The translations under genes were made by a program, and so were the position numbers. From NCBI GenBank assembly GCA_022650895.1, contig JALCQC010000009.1:477-64476 (forward strand): a stretch of DNA of 64,000 nucleotides. Reading direction: 5' to 3'. This DNA is from Bifidobacteriaceae bacterium. Lineage in GTDB: Bacteria; Actinomycetota; Actinomycetes; Actinomycetales; Bifidobacteriaceae. This document shows positions 38,543 through 49,074 of this stretch, in pieces. Every line of letters begins with the position of its first letter. Positions within the stretch are counted from its first letter, which is position 1. Under the pieces are notes generated by a model. The model saw only the letters and a list, made by a program, of their open reading frames with translations, was not told the DNA's origin and did not search any database.

Positions 38543-41272
38543 TTAATACTTCCCACGCACCTTAAGCTCATTGGCGCTACGTAGCACTCGTGCAGAAAGG
38601 TACTCTGCGAGTTCTCCGCTTCCGGGTTGAGCAATGACAAGCGATTGATGCTCTCCCGGCAGGAGACTCACCATTCCTTTATCCACCACTGCCTGAGCAC
38701 TCACTTTATCCGCCATGCAGAACACATCACGAACGTAGGACGTGGCTGTGAGCGTAATGACCGCACTATCCCCCGATGCCGTAATCTCAGCCTCGAGTGC
38801 TCGAGGATCAAGCTTTTGATCAAGCACCTCGGCAAAGTTGTAAATGCAACGCTCAAAGCAGGCATCGCAAACCCTCTGAGAACCTTGTTCATCAGGGGTC
38901 GCAACAAGTATTTCAGCGGTGGCATCGTTCGGCTTCACCACATCAGCCGGCAACAGTAGCTCCGCATGTCCCCCCGGTTCAAGACTGACCTCGAATTTTG
39001 CCTGTGCAAGCACATGACCGCCCATCGTCATGCGTCTGACTGTCCACGAGCTCCTACTGTCAGTACGAGTGTCATTTTGAAGTACCAAGGCCAGGGCATC
39101 AGCCGCAGGTTTTTTGCCCTCCCAGCTGCGCTCTTCCCATTGCCGTTGTGAGATACGGGGCTGAATGGTGGCGAATCGCGGGGCGAAGAAGTGCTGCGAC
39201 GCATACCATAGTGGTTTTCTTCGTCCACAGTAATCGACCGCTGACCACGAGACCACGGGCCAATCGTCATTGAGCTGCCATATCAATGCGCCTGCATTGA
39301 CCGGCTCGAGAGAACGCATGTGGGCAACTCCGAACTCGATGGCATGTGCCTGCTGAAGCTGGCATGCCCAATGCCAATCCTCCAAGGTCTCCCACTCATC
39401 GGTCGGGATAAGCCAGCTGCGATTGCCGGCCTCATCGAGGCTCACCTCATCGAGGTGCCCCGGCGTGAGATGCGAACGCATGCCGCGCGCCAACTTATAG
39501 TTGCCTCCTGCGGCTTTCTGGTGGACAAGCATCTGCTCGCCAAAGGCATCAAGGGGATCGTCATGGATTACTGCGGTGAGCGTGCTCCATGCAGGTGGGG
39601 CCTGGTACCCGAATTCATCTGCAAAGCGTGGCGTGTAATCACAATACTTTCGATAGTCCTCTCTGTTCCACACGTCCCAGATATGCATGGTTCCATCGGT
39701 ATCCAGATTCGCCCCCACTTGTTTCGAAAAGCTCATGGGCGAACTTGCCAGATAGAGCGTGGCGTTGGGGACGAGTTCTCTCAAAAGCTTCGGGAAAAGC
39801 TCGCTGTAGTAATAATCCCCCCACGGTTTCTCTCCATATCCAAAGTCGTTCTTTGGCCTGTCATCGTCACGGAGCCCCTCTTTGAAACCTCCCCATTCGG
39901 AATACGCTACGTAGTTTTCATTGGATCCATTCCACACCACGAGGCTGGGGTGGGTACTGAGCCTTGTTATCTGCTGACGTGCTTCGGTCTCGATTTCCTT
40001 CCGGGTCCCAGCTGTTTCGTCATAGGCTGCACAAGCGAGGGCGAAGTCTTGCCACACCATGATGCCGTGTTCATCGCACAGGTCATAAAAATCGTCGGCC
40101 TCGTAGATGCCTCCACCCCATACACGCACCATGTTGGAATGAGATTCCACAAGGTCCCTCACACCTCTCTCATAGCGCGTTCGATCAACGCTGCTGATAA
40201 AGGCGTCATCGGGAATCCAGTTGTATCCACGAGCGTGAACAGGTACCCCGTTCACACTGATTTGGAAAGGTCTTCCCACACTGTCTGCGGCGGTATCAAC
40301 GCTGACGGTGCGGAAACCTATGCGAGCGGCCCACCGCCCTTGAATCCCGTCGTTGACGGCGACCTCAAGCTGATAGAGTGATGCCTCACCATATCCCTGT
40401 GGCCACCACAAACGGACATTAGGAACTTCGAGGGTAAGGGTTGCCGTCGTTCGCTTTGGCTCGATAACGCCAGTAATCTCTCCTTCGAAATCACACGCTT
40501 TTACCGTTAACGTCACAGGTACCGCAAGAGGATCCTCAACTGGGACAGCCGGACCGCTTGGATCATGCCCGATGGCAGGAAGGACATCGCGCTCAATGGT
40601 GACAATGGCATTGAGTATTCCGGTCCCGTCGTCTCGGACGTCAACGAGAGGCCGGACGGATTCAATGCGCGCCTTCGACCACGAATCAATGCCGATCTGC
40701 TGCCATATGCCAGCATTGGCGACGTCTATTCCCCAATCCCATCCGAAGCTGTAGGACGGCTTTCTAATCTGGTTAAACGGGTGATGCTCCACGTGGGGGT
40801 ACGCCCCATTGACCAGCTCACGCTCCTCGGCCACACGAACAGGCGAAGAGAAATCAACAGTGAGAGTATTCGTACCGGCCACCAAGAACTCATTGACGTT
40901 CCAACGGTACGTCTGATAAAAATCGTTCGCCCTGCCAACGGGACGGCCGTTCAAGCTCACCGCGGCAACGGTGTCGAGCCCATACGCCACCACATCATGG
41001 CGTGTATTACCGTCGTCATGCCATTCGAAATCGCATTCGAAACGCCAGTCGACATCGCCGATCCACTGCTGGTCGTTCTCATTCGCTCCATCGAAGGGAT
41101 CCTCAATAAGCCCGGCCCGCAATAGATCAAGCGTCGCCTCTCCCGGAACCGTGGCAGCAATGCCTTCCGCCAGACGCGGGCGAATCTCTTCCGGCACCTT
41201 CTGCAGGTTCAGCGCCTTCAGAGTCCAGCCCTTCTGAAGTGCCGAGAAAGTTTTCGGAGTGTTCTTTTTCAT
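38543..41272 (-). CDS. GH2 beta-mannosidase
   Basis: About 909 aa. I prefer the start at M8 of the track ORF (AAGGAAG 8 nt upstream). LWWPQGYG and GH2 sandwich/TIM features are present. Confidence 0.8.
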   Translation of the reverse strand: MKKNTPKTFSALQKGWTLKALNLQKVPEEIRPRLAEGIAATVPGEATLDLLRAGLIEDPFDGANENDQQWIGDVDWRFECDFEWHDDGNTRHDVVAYGLDTVAAVSLNGRPVGRANDFYQTYRWNVNEFLVAGTNTLTVDFSSPVRVAEERELVNGAYPHVEHHPFNQIRKPSYSFGWDWGIDVANAGIWQQIGIDSWSKARIESVRPLVDVRDDGTGILNAIVTIERDVLPAIGHDPSGPAVPVEDPLAVPVTLTVKACDFEGEITGVIEPKRTTATLTLEVPNVRLWWPQGYGEASLYQLEVAVNDGIQGRWAARIGFRTVSVDTAADSVGRPFQISVNGVPVHARGYNWIPDDAFISSVDRTRYERGVRDLVESHSNMVRVWGGGIYEADDFYDLCDEHGIMVWQDFALACAAYDETAGTRKEIETEARQQITRLSTHPSLVVWNGSNENYVAYSEWGGFKEGLRDDDRPKNDFGYGEKPWGDYYYSELFPKLLRELVPNATLYLASSPMSFSKQVGANLDTDGTMHIWDVWNREDYRKYCDYTPRFADEFGYQAPPAWSTLTAVIHDDPLDAFGEQMLVHQKAAGGNYKLARGMRSHLTPGHLDEVSLDEAGNRSWLIPTDEWETLEDWHWACQLQQAHAIEFGVAHMRSLEPVNAGALIWQLNDDWPVVSWSAVDYCGRRKPLWYASQHFFAPRFATIQPRISQRQWEERSWEGKKPAADALALVLQNDTRTDSRSSWTVRRMTMGGHVLAQAKFEVSLEPGGHAELLLPADVVKPNDATAEILVATPDEQGSQRVCDACFERCIYNFAEVLDQKLDPRALEAEITASGDSAVITLTATSYVRDVFCMADKVSAQAVVDKGMVSLLPGEHQSLVIAQPGSGELAEYLSARVLRSANELKVRGKY

Positions 41273-41426
41273 GCTGATTCTTCCTTGTTCCATTCACGGA
41301 GCCAAATGTGAAATCCTCATTCGAGAGGGGTAGCTGAGGCAAGACAGCGCCAGTCTCTTCCTGATTGCAATAACATTGATGTGCTTCTTTGCAGGCTAAA
41401 GATAATTTTCTTGGCAACATACTAGC

Positions 41427-41438
41427 TCAACCGCTTAA
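41427..41438. promoter_or_regulatory. LacI-type operator candidate TCAACCGCTTAA
   Basis: In the divergent promoter region between the beta-mannosidase operon and gene 41509. Confidence 0.45.
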
Positions 41439-41508
41439 CGTAAGCAAATATATGGGTTGTCTAGGTCTAGAACACCAGAAAGTCATGATATAACTTAATT
41501 TAACTGAA

Positions 41509-42315
41509 GTGCGCATTTGCCACATGGACATGGGAGGCGAGCGGTCGGTGGATGATCCAAGACTCTCAGAAGAGCAGCGAGAGACAATAAAGGCGTTGGC
41601 ATCTCCCACAGGCAACAAGGGAAAATCCAAGGTATCGATTCTCCGAAGCCTTCCGACGAAGCAAAAAATCACCTACTTCATGCAATATTTTTTTTGGAAA
41701 ATCGTTGTTGTCCTCGCAGCCCTAGCGGCCGTTTCCCTCCTCGTTTACCATGTAGCTTCCCCCTCGCCAAAGCCCCTCCTTTACGTCGCCGCCGTTGACA
41801 TTTCAACGGATGATGCACGGGCGAGGAAACTCTCTGCGAGTTTTCAAAAAGGCCTCGCTTCCCAGGAACGCATTGCACACACGGCTTCACCGGTACAGAT
41901 AGATACGTATTTCAACCTGCAAGAAGATGGACTGAGCAAGCTCCAGACAATGCTAAGAAATAATTCCATCGATATCATACTTGCCCCTGAAAGCGTCTTC
42001 GAAGAGCTTGCGGGCTTCGGCTATCTCCAACCGGGCATGAGTCACTACGCTACGAAAACCGCAAAAGCTTATTCCTGCGCCGGATACGACGATTCCAAAG
42101 ACGAGAATCCTAACTATAACGGCTCGGGAAAAGGAGAGAAAGAAGACTTTGGACTCATTCTCCCCGACTCATCACCTCTTGACGGGCTCGCTGCTTCCGA
42201 ACCCACCGAAGAACCCGTTGTCATAGGCATTGCCCAAGAGACACAAGAACTAAAAAATGCCCACTACTTCATCGACTATGCCATAGACGGCAAAATAACC
42301 CCGAGGGAGAACTGA
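41509..42315 (+). CDS. Single-pass membrane protein with an extracytoplasmic domain, unknown function
   Basis: TM segment FFWKIVVVLAALAAVSLLVY. Start uncertain (GTG 41509 or ATG 41524). Its stop overlaps the next start (TGATG). Confidence 0.5.
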   Translation: MRICHMDMGGERSVDDPRLSEEQRETIKALASPTGNKGKSKVSILRSLPTKQKITYFMQYFFWKIVVVLAALAAVSLLVYHVASPSPKPLLYVAAVDISTDDARARKLSASFQKGLASQERIAHTASPVQIDTYFNLQEDGLSKLQTMLRNNSIDIILAPESVFEELAGFGYLQPGMSHYATKTAKAYSCAGYDDSKDENPNYNGSGKGEKEDFGLILPDSSPLDGLAASEPTEEPVVIGIAQETQELKNAHYFIDYAIDGKITPREN

Positions 42316-42926
42316 TGGCGAACGTCTTTAGACCCGGTAACCGTTTTGACACCCTGATGAGTACAGTAGGAGATCTCATCGCACTCAATGTGGTCTGGGC
42401 CATATCATCGCTGCCAGTCATCACACTCGGCGCCTCCACCGCCGCCCTCAACGCCACAATCTATGAGATCGTCCACGGATACTCACCGAAGGTGTTAAGA
42501 ACCTTTTTTAAGTACTTTCGCGACGATTTTATCCGCTCACTTCCACTTACCCTTATCTATCTCGTTTTCTGGGCACTCGCAATATTCGACTTGTGGTATC
42601 TCACTATGATCAACAGCGATTTTGCCGCAGTTACATATGGCATTCTTATCGTACTTTTTCTCATAGTCGCAGGCATTCTCAGCTTTTCACTTCCAACGTT
42701 TCACAGCGTTCAAGGCAGTGTAAAACTACGTCTGCGGGAATCGGCACGAAACGCAGCCACCCATCCCATCATCGCGCTTGTATTCGTTGCGCTCGATGTT
42801 CTCCCGCTCTTCTTGGCGATCGGAGTCAGCGCCCTCATCGTCCACATAACTGTTCTGTGGGCTTTGTTCCTCACATCCGGATCCACCTGGATAAAGCAAC
42901 GATTACTACTCTCCATAGGCCGCTAA
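42315..42926 (+). CDS. YesL/DUF624-family membrane protein
   Basis: N-terminus ...DLIALNVVWAISSLPVITLGASTAALNATIYEIV is typical of DUF624 proteins in sugar loci (from memory). Confidence 0.7.
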   Translation: MANVFRPGNRFDTLMSTVGDLIALNVVWAISSLPVITLGASTAALNATIYEIVHGYSPKVLRTFFKYFRDDFIRSLPLTLIYLVFWALAIFDLWYLTMINSDFAAVTYGILIVLFLIVAGILSFSLPTFHSVQGSVKLRLRESARNAATHPIIALVFVALDVLPLFLAIGVSALIVHITVLWALFLTSGSTWIKQRLLLSIGR

Positions 42927-42977
42927 TCGGTTTCCCGACAAAGCAGGGCCGAAGGGCACAACATGTAGAGCGATATA

Positions 42978-44075
42978 TCAGTTCCGGTCCAGAAACCTGA
43001 TATACCCCGTTCTGGCGAATTCTTTGAAATCAGCTCCCGTAGCATCGCTCGAGAGAGGATTGCCATAAATGTTAGTTTCTTCGGGTTTCATAGAATTAGT
43101 CCACGTGAGATACCAGAGAATTTTCTTGGTCTCCGTATTTGCACGAGCAGCCTTATCAAGAAAACCTGTCCATGGCTTTACACCTGCCCCCGCTAGATCA
43201 TTGGGGGTCCCGATTTCTGTGCAGGCGGACATTTTTCCATGACGCGCTGCAGCCTCAGAAAGCCGCGTGAGTACATGGACGAAGTCGTTGTAGATGGTTT
43301 CGCGTGTACCACTGTTGTCGAAACGCCCGATATCTATGTAGTCATCGAGTCCGAGAATATCCACGTATTCATCCCCAGGATAACCACGAAAATAACCTGT
43401 ACGGCTGTAATCGTCCACACCAAACCTACTTCTGTCCGGAGAACTCGCATAAAGCAGGTTGTGCACACCGTTGCTCATGAATCGGCTTTGAGTCATCTTC
43501 CATAGATCGATGAATTCTGCCTCTTCATTATCGATCTCCCCATCAAACCTTCCGATGCACCACCAGAACCAATCTCCGTTGTGCTCGTGATACGGCCGCC
43601 ATACAACCGGTATGGGGCTTCCGTCCTCGGAGACGAGAGACTTAAAGAACCGAGATGCCCTATCGATCTGTTCTCTATAAGATTCATGGCGGCTTCCTTC
43701 GGGCAACACAGCCCTGATCGAATGATCCGCCATATTATGCCCGTATCCACCTCCGGTGATCGGATTAACGGAATGCCAGCTGACAGTAATTATTCCGCCT
43801 AACCGATCCACCTTCTGCATCTGCGTCCGAAGATTCTCTTCAAAAGCCCACAGCTCAGGTCCATCGTGCTTAGTTTCGATTCCTCCCACATCGAATCCAA
43901 ACACAGCGGGATATGTACCTGTCGCCTCTACTGTGTCGGATTCAGCATCAGCGGCCCTTTTGATGGAGAAATCACTCTGATGCCCAAAGAGGGCATACTT
44001 TCCTTCTATGGAACGCAAACGAGCGTAGAGCCGAACGACTGATTCGGTCGCCTCCTCATCAATAGGACCGAGCAT
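42978..44075 (-). CDS. GH26 family beta-mannanase-like enzyme (paralogue of 34130-35269), no signal peptide
   Basis: WHSVNPITGGGYGHN and WRPYHEHNGDWFWWC. Confidence 0.8.
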   Translation of the reverse strand: MLGPIDEEATESVVRLYARLRSIEGKYALFGHQSDFSIKRAADAESDTVEATGTYPAVFGFDVGGIETKHDGPELWAFEENLRTQMQKVDRLGGIITVSWHSVNPITGGGYGHNMADHSIRAVLPEGSRHESYREQIDRASRFFKSLVSEDGSPIPVVWRPYHEHNGDWFWWCIGRFDGEIDNEEAEFIDLWKMTQSRFMSNGVHNLLYASSPDRSRFGVDDYSRTGYFRGYPGDEYVDILGLDDYIDIGRFDNSGTRETIYNDFVHVLTRLSEAAARHGKMSACTEIGTPNDLAGAGVKPWTGFLDKAARANTETKKILWYLTWTNSMKPEETNIYGNPLSSDATGADFKEFARTGYIRFLDRN

Positions 44076-44076
44076 G

Positions 44077-44925
44077 CTACTCCTTCACAGCGCCGGCGGC
44101 TATGCCGTTGTAGATCTGCTTCTGGAAAAGCAGGAAGAGAACAAGAGCGGGAAGCAGTGTGATAATGACACCCGCAGTAATCATGTTGTATTTGCTGCCC
44201 ATTGGACCCGTGAACGAGTACAGAGAAATCGCGATGGTTCCCAGTGTCTGCTTATTCTGCAGGTAGAGATTTGCAGCATAGTATTCGTTATAGACTCCCA
44301 CACCCTTGAGGATGAGTGCGGTCACGATGGCCGGTTTGAGCAGCGGAAGAAGGATCTTGCTGTAGATGGTCCAGTACGAGGCGCCGTCCACAATCGCTGA
44401 TTCATCCAAGGAAACGGGAATGTTCTCGAAATACTGGATGAAGATGTAAATAGAGATAACATCCGTACCCATCATCATGAAGATATAGCCATAAAGCGTA
44501 TTGATGAGGTGCATATTACCCATGAGGTTATAGATTGCCACCTGCATAGCAATTCCGGGAAGCAACGCAGCAAGTGTAAACATCCCACGAATAACAGCAT
44601 TCCCTGGGAATCTGAAGCGGCTGAGAACATATGCCAATTGCGTACCAATGAGGGTTGTCAGAATAAGAACGGAGACCAATACGATAAAGGAATTCCTGAA
44701 ACCGACACCCATATTGGAGACTTTGAAGGCGTGAATGTAGTTGTCAAAGTTGAACCAGTTCTTTGGCATCTGCATGATTGAGGTTGATTGATATTCCTTG
44801 TCCGGCTTCGCCGCGGTAATCAGACACGAAACCACGGGGAGCAGCATCCAGAAAGCAAAGAAAATAAGGATGAAATACTTAAAGAATTTAATCAGGAACA
44901 GCTTTACAGAATAGAGCGCCTTCAT
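44077..44925 (-). CDS. Carbohydrate ABC transporter permease
   Basis: 282 aa polytopic protein, tightly packed in the operon. Confidence 0.9.
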   Translation of the reverse strand: MKALYSVKLFLIKFFKYFILIFFAFWMLLPVVSCLITAAKPDKEYQSTSIMQMPKNWFNFDNYIHAFKVSNMGVGFRNSFIVLVSVLILTTLIGTQLAYVLSRFRFPGNAVIRGMFTLAALLPGIAMQVAIYNLMGNMHLINTLYGYIFMMMGTDVISIYIFIQYFENIPVSLDESAIVDGASYWTIYSKILLPLLKPAIVTALILKGVGVYNEYYAANLYLQNKQTLGTIAISLYSFTGPMGSKYNMITAGVIITLLPALVLFLLFQKQIYNGIAAGAVKE

Positions 44926-44927
44926 CT

Positions 44928-46007
44928 CTACTTCACCACCTTTTCGGTCGCACCAGCCATGTGAACACGCTTCCCATTCCGGAAGAGATTTGCGCTCCTT
45001 GCATTGACCCTGTTGCGCTGCCTCTGCATCTTCCGCTGTTTCTTCAGCTTCTTTGTGGCGTCTTCGACACCATCATCGGAATTTCTGAAGGCGAACTTGA
45101 AAATGATTTTCTGAATCAACGCCGCGATAAGAATCAGACCAAGAAGTACGATTGCCATCGCCGAGGCCAATCCCACCTTCTGGTTCGTGTGCGCGATGGT
45201 ATCCATCAAAACAAAGTACGTTGCCGTTCCGTTCGCGCCTCCGGTGATAACAAACGGTGCTTCGAAGGCACTCAGGGAGCCCGTGATGGAAAGAAGCACA
45301 TTGAGGACAAGAATGGTCTTGATACTCGGCAAAATGATATGGATGAATTGCTGGAACTTGTTGGCACCGTCAATTTCCGCCGCCTCATACAGCGAACTGT
45401 CAATCGACATGATCGCTCCGATGAAAAGCACTACCGTCTGCCCTAAGTATCGCCATAGTGACGTTCCCACGAGCGACCAATTGTTGATGGCTTGATCCCT
45501 CAACCAATACGGCAGATTGTTGAGATTAAAGCCGAACCACTGCAGCACGGAATCGAAAATGTATCCACGGGTGAAGAAGAACTTAAAAATGAAACCAACG
45601 GCAATGCCGTTGATGAGATAGGGAAAGAACAAAGCACCCTTGAAAAAATTACCGGCAACAACTTTGAAGCTCAAAACAGTCGCGAGATACAGGGCCAGGA
45701 GAACCTGCAAAATCGATCCAGCCGCGTAATACAAACTCAGTTTGAGGGCCGCAAGGGTGTCGTCCCTGTGGAAAACCGCAACGTAGTTGTTCAGTCCAAC
45801 CCATTTTGGAGTCCCGATGTATTTCATGTTGTAAAAGCTGTACTTCACCATTTCAATGAATGGATAGTACGTAAATAAAACCAACAGGCCGACAGGAATG
45901 ACGGAGAAAGCAATAATGACACCGATTTTTTTCCAATTTCTAGGTGTTCTGTTGAATGGTATCTCTTGAGGTACCTCAGTCCGTATTGGGGTATTTATCG
46001 CTGTCAT
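44928..46007 (-). CDS. Carbohydrate ABC transporter permease with a basic C-terminal tail
   Basis: 359 aa. C-terminus KKLKKQRKMQRQRNRVNARS follows the last TM. Confidence 0.9.
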   Translation of the reverse strand: MTAINTPIRTEVPQEIPFNRTPRNWKKIGVIIAFSVIPVGLLVLFTYYPFIEMVKYSFYNMKYIGTPKWVGLNNYVAVFHRDDTLAALKLSLYYAAGSILQVLLALYLATVLSFKVVAGNFFKGALFFPYLINGIAVGFIFKFFFTRGYIFDSVLQWFGFNLNNLPYWLRDQAINNWSLVGTSLWRYLGQTVVLFIGAIMSIDSSLYEAAEIDGANKFQQFIHIILPSIKTILVLNVLLSITGSLSAFEAPFVITGGANGTATYFVLMDTIAHTNQKVGLASAMAIVLLGLILIAALIQKIIFKFAFRNSDDGVEDATKKLKKQRKMQRQRNRVNARSANLFRNGKRVHMAGATEKVVK

Positions 46008-46123
46008 AGCAATCTTCCTTAAAAATCAAATATCCAGTAGTTGAAAGAGCGGGCGTCAGAATCCTCAGCCCTGACATTTCCGACTGCCCGCTCTCGCTCT
46101 TGACGATCAAGAATGATCAGTAA

Positions 46124-47512
46124 TCACTCTTTAACAGTGATGTTGTTGTTCTTTTGCGCCTCGTTCCACTTCGTATTCCAACCCTTGACGAGATCGTCGT
46201 AGCTCTCGTCGCCGTTAGCGGCATGTTCCACGATCGTCTGAACGCGCTTGTCGCCACCGCTATTAAATGCAAGCTCGGAATCGGAGTTGAGAGTGTTCAG
46301 AAGGTCAGCATCTTCCTGCTTCGCTGCCACGTCGCTACCAAGTGTGACACCTTTGAAATCATCGAGGGAGTCAGGCAGCGAATCGTCATTGGCGTCGCCC
46401 GGAAGCGAGCCCTCATTGATTGCATAGCCCGACTTCTCGGTCATCCACTTTACGAAGATCATTGACGCATCGCGGTTATCCAGTGGCTGATTCTTGTTAA
46501 TACCGAAGCTGTAGTCGTTACCGGTCGTAGCGTACTGCTTTCCATCAACGGAAATGGGGAAAGGCATGTACCCAACGTCATCCGCGTTGTCACCAGCACC
46601 CTTAATCTGAGATACAGCCCACTGCCCGAGGAACATGGTGCCAATCTTTCCAGAGTTGAGTTGCCCCTTGCTCCCTTCCCAGTCGGTGGTCGAATAGTCG
46701 TCCTCGATGAGCTTATCTTTGACAGCGTCGTAGAGGAGCTTGTACACCGCATAAGGACCCGTGTCCGAATCCTTGTACTTCGAGAAGGCGGTGGCCGAGT
46801 GGAGGAAGGTGTTGTTCATGAAGTCGTCTTCACCAGTCGCGCCATACCCGATGTACTGATCCCACGCACCCATGGTCCATCCGGCTGCATAGTTCGTGTA
46901 GAGAGGAACGGCGTCCGTCTTGTCCTTGATTGTCTTCAGCGCTTTGAGGAAGTCCGCGGGAGTCTTTGGAAGCTCTGTGATTCCGGCCTCCTTAAAGACC
47001 TTCTTGTTGTAGACGACGCCAAGCACGTTGCCGTCAGGAGCAACACCATAAACCTCATCGTCGTAGGTCCAAGCGTCTGCCCAATTGATTTCCTTCTTCA
47101 TCGTCGCCAAATCACCCATCGAGACGAAGTAAGTGCTGAGATCGGATTTATCCACTGTGGGGATCATCATGATGTCTCCCCAATCACCACCCTGAAGACG
47201 CGTTAGGGCGTCATCACCATAGTTTGTATCGGCGTTGACTTTCACCGTGATATTCGGATATAGCTTGTTGAAGTCTGCGATGTAGTCATCCCAGCCCTTC
47301 CCCGCATAATCTGCTTGTGCCATATCCGTTCGCGGTGTCAACAGTGTAATTGTCGCTTTGAGATCTTTCTTCGTGGTGCCGAGTTCAACGTCAGCATATT
47401 TCAAACCGGCAGAGTCACCTGATCCACTAGCAGTCGCGCCTGAGCCGCAAGCTGCAAGGCTCAGCGATGTCGCACCAGCCAATGCAAATGCCAGAATCCT
47501 TTTTACTTTCAT
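46124..47512 (-). CDS. Extracellular sugar-binding lipoprotein
   Basis: MKVKRILAFALAGATSLSLAACGS is a lipobox signal. 462 aa. Confidence 0.85.
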   Translation of the reverse strand: MKVKRILAFALAGATSLSLAACGSGATASGSGDSAGLKYADVELGTTKKDLKATITLLTPRTDMAQADYAGKGWDDYIADFNKLYPNITVKVNADTNYGDDALTRLQGGDWGDIMMIPTVDKSDLSTYFVSMGDLATMKKEINWADAWTYDDEVYGVAPDGNVLGVVYNKKVFKEAGITELPKTPADFLKALKTIKDKTDAVPLYTNYAAGWTMGAWDQYIGYGATGEDDFMNNTFLHSATAFSKYKDSDTGPYAVYKLLYDAVKDKLIEDDYSTTDWEGSKGQLNSGKIGTMFLGQWAVSQIKGAGDNADDVGYMPFPISVDGKQYATTGNDYSFGINKNQPLDNRDASMIFVKWMTEKSGYAINEGSLPGDANDDSLPDSLDDFKGVTLGSDVAAKQEDADLLNTLNSDSELAFNSGGDKRVQTIVEHAANGDESYDDLVKGWNTKWNEAQKNNNITVKE

Positions 47513-47630
47513 GTCAATCTCTCCTATGAGACGGGACTAAAGCCTTCTGCTCCGTTGCCGAAGTGCCGACTCTGAGTGCGAATCGCACATTGAGCCTTGA
47601 GAGAAATTGTAGAGGCAGAACTATTTCTTG

Positions 47631-47642
47631 TCAACCGCTTAA
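47631..47642. promoter_or_regulatory. LacI-type operator candidate TCAACCGCTTAA
   Basis: About 120 bp upstream of the SBP start. Identical 12-mer to 41427-41438. Confidence 0.45.
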
Positions 47643-47886
47643 GTTGTTTACGCACACAAAGCGCGCCATATCATGGTAGATTTCAAACAGATTTATTGTA
47701 TCGGAAGCTCAGAAAGAGAATTCGTATGATCAGATGTTTTCCTCTCTGAGCTTCCCATATCTGTTGAAAATACTGAGTTTTTAATGAACACACAAACGCT
47801 GATCCACAAAAGGTTAAGAGATTCTTCCTGCACGCTTCGGGAGAAAAGAGGAAGGGAAAAGAACAACAACATTGGAAAATTTTTAA

Positions 47887-47898
47887 TTAACCGATTAA
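47887..47898. promoter_or_regulatory. LacI-type operator candidate TTAACCGATTAA
   Basis: About 40 bp upstream of the esterase start. Confidence 0.45.
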
Positions 47899-47937
47899 TG
47901 TACTGGAATGAAAGGTTTTTAAGACGGTTCCGTACCG

Positions 47938-49074
47938 GTGAAATACCGTCCTATAACATGGGACCTGCGGAAAAAGAGGCATAATGCGATCGTGACCACA
48001 TTCCACTACAGGTTTACCCATTTCGCTGATCCGGCACTCCGCTATTCAGGACGCATCGATCCGGAACCCTTTTCAAACCACTCCGCGACGAGTACCCGTC
48101 TCGTTTTCCCATATACAAATATTGCGTTTCGGTTCACTGGCACCTCACTGACAGTGCGTCTTGTCAATCACTCCGCCTACTACAACTCCTACATCGGGGC
48201 GATGATCGATGGGAACGAATATAAAATTCCGATTCCAAGGGATGACGAATCACTTGATCTCCCCATTGCCAACCGACTAGAGCCTAGACTGCATGACGCA
48301 ATCGTTTTCAAACGTCAGGATGGCTGCCATTACATTGATTTCGAAGGTTTGCTCACCGACCCCGAATCGCAGATTCTGCCTCCTTCACGTCCGCGCCCAC
48401 TTCGACGTATCGAAGTCTATGGAGACTCTGTCTCTGCCGGTGAAGTGAGTGAAGCAGTGGATTACGCAGGAAAGCCCGATCCCGAGCACCAGGGCGAATA
48501 CAGCAACTCTTGGTATTCATATACCGCCATCACCGCGCGCAATCTCAACGCGGAGTTACACGACATTGCGCAAGGTGGCGTGTCCCTCCTCAATGGCATC
48601 GGCTGGTTTAACGGCCCTGCCTACCAAGGGATGGAATCCATCTACGACAAAATTGACTACAATCCTTCCCTCGGCCCCACGAAACCTTGGAATTTCAAAT
48701 GTTTCAATCCTCAGGTCGTCATTGTGGCCCTTGGGCAGAATGATTCTCACCCGTTTGATTTCATGAAAGCGGACTATTACTCGGAGCAATCACAACACTG
48801 GCGCACCTGCTACGCGGATTTCCTCCGCGCACTTCGATCCCTGCACCCTCACGCCCTCATCATCTGCGCCACCACCATTCTCGAACACGACGCAAGCTGG
48901 GACAAGGCCATCGGCGACGCTGTCGTCAGCGTTTACGATTCGAAGATCGTCCATTTCCTCTATTCAAAGAACGGAAAGGGGACTCCAGGCCATGTTCGGA
49001 TCCCCGAAGCCTATGCCATGGCACATGAACTTACTTCATTCATTCGTACTTTCGGAGAGGACCTCTGGAAATGA
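47938..49074 (+). CDS. SGNH/GDSL esterase with an N-terminal beta-sandwich (CE2-like acetyl-mannan/xylan esterase)
   Basis: VYGDSVSAGE (GDS block) and VVIVALGQNDS. GTG start is uncertain. Confidence 0.75.
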   Translation: MKYRPITWDLRKKRHNAIVTTFHYRFTHFADPALRYSGRIDPEPFSNHSATSTRLVFPYTNIAFRFTGTSLTVRLVNHSAYYNSYIGAMIDGNEYKIPIPRDDESLDLPIANRLEPRLHDAIVFKRQDGCHYIDFEGLLTDPESQILPPSRPRPLRRIEVYGDSVSAGEVSEAVDYAGKPDPEHQGEYSNSWYSYTAITARNLNAELHDIAQGGVSLLNGIGWFNGPAYQGMESIYDKIDYNPSLGPTKPWNFKCFNPQVVIVALGQNDSHPFDFMKADYYSEQSQHWRTCYADFLRALRSLHPHALIICATTILEHDASWDKAIGDAVVSVYDSKIVHFLYSKNGKGTPGHVRIPEAYAMAHELTSFIRTFGEDLWK

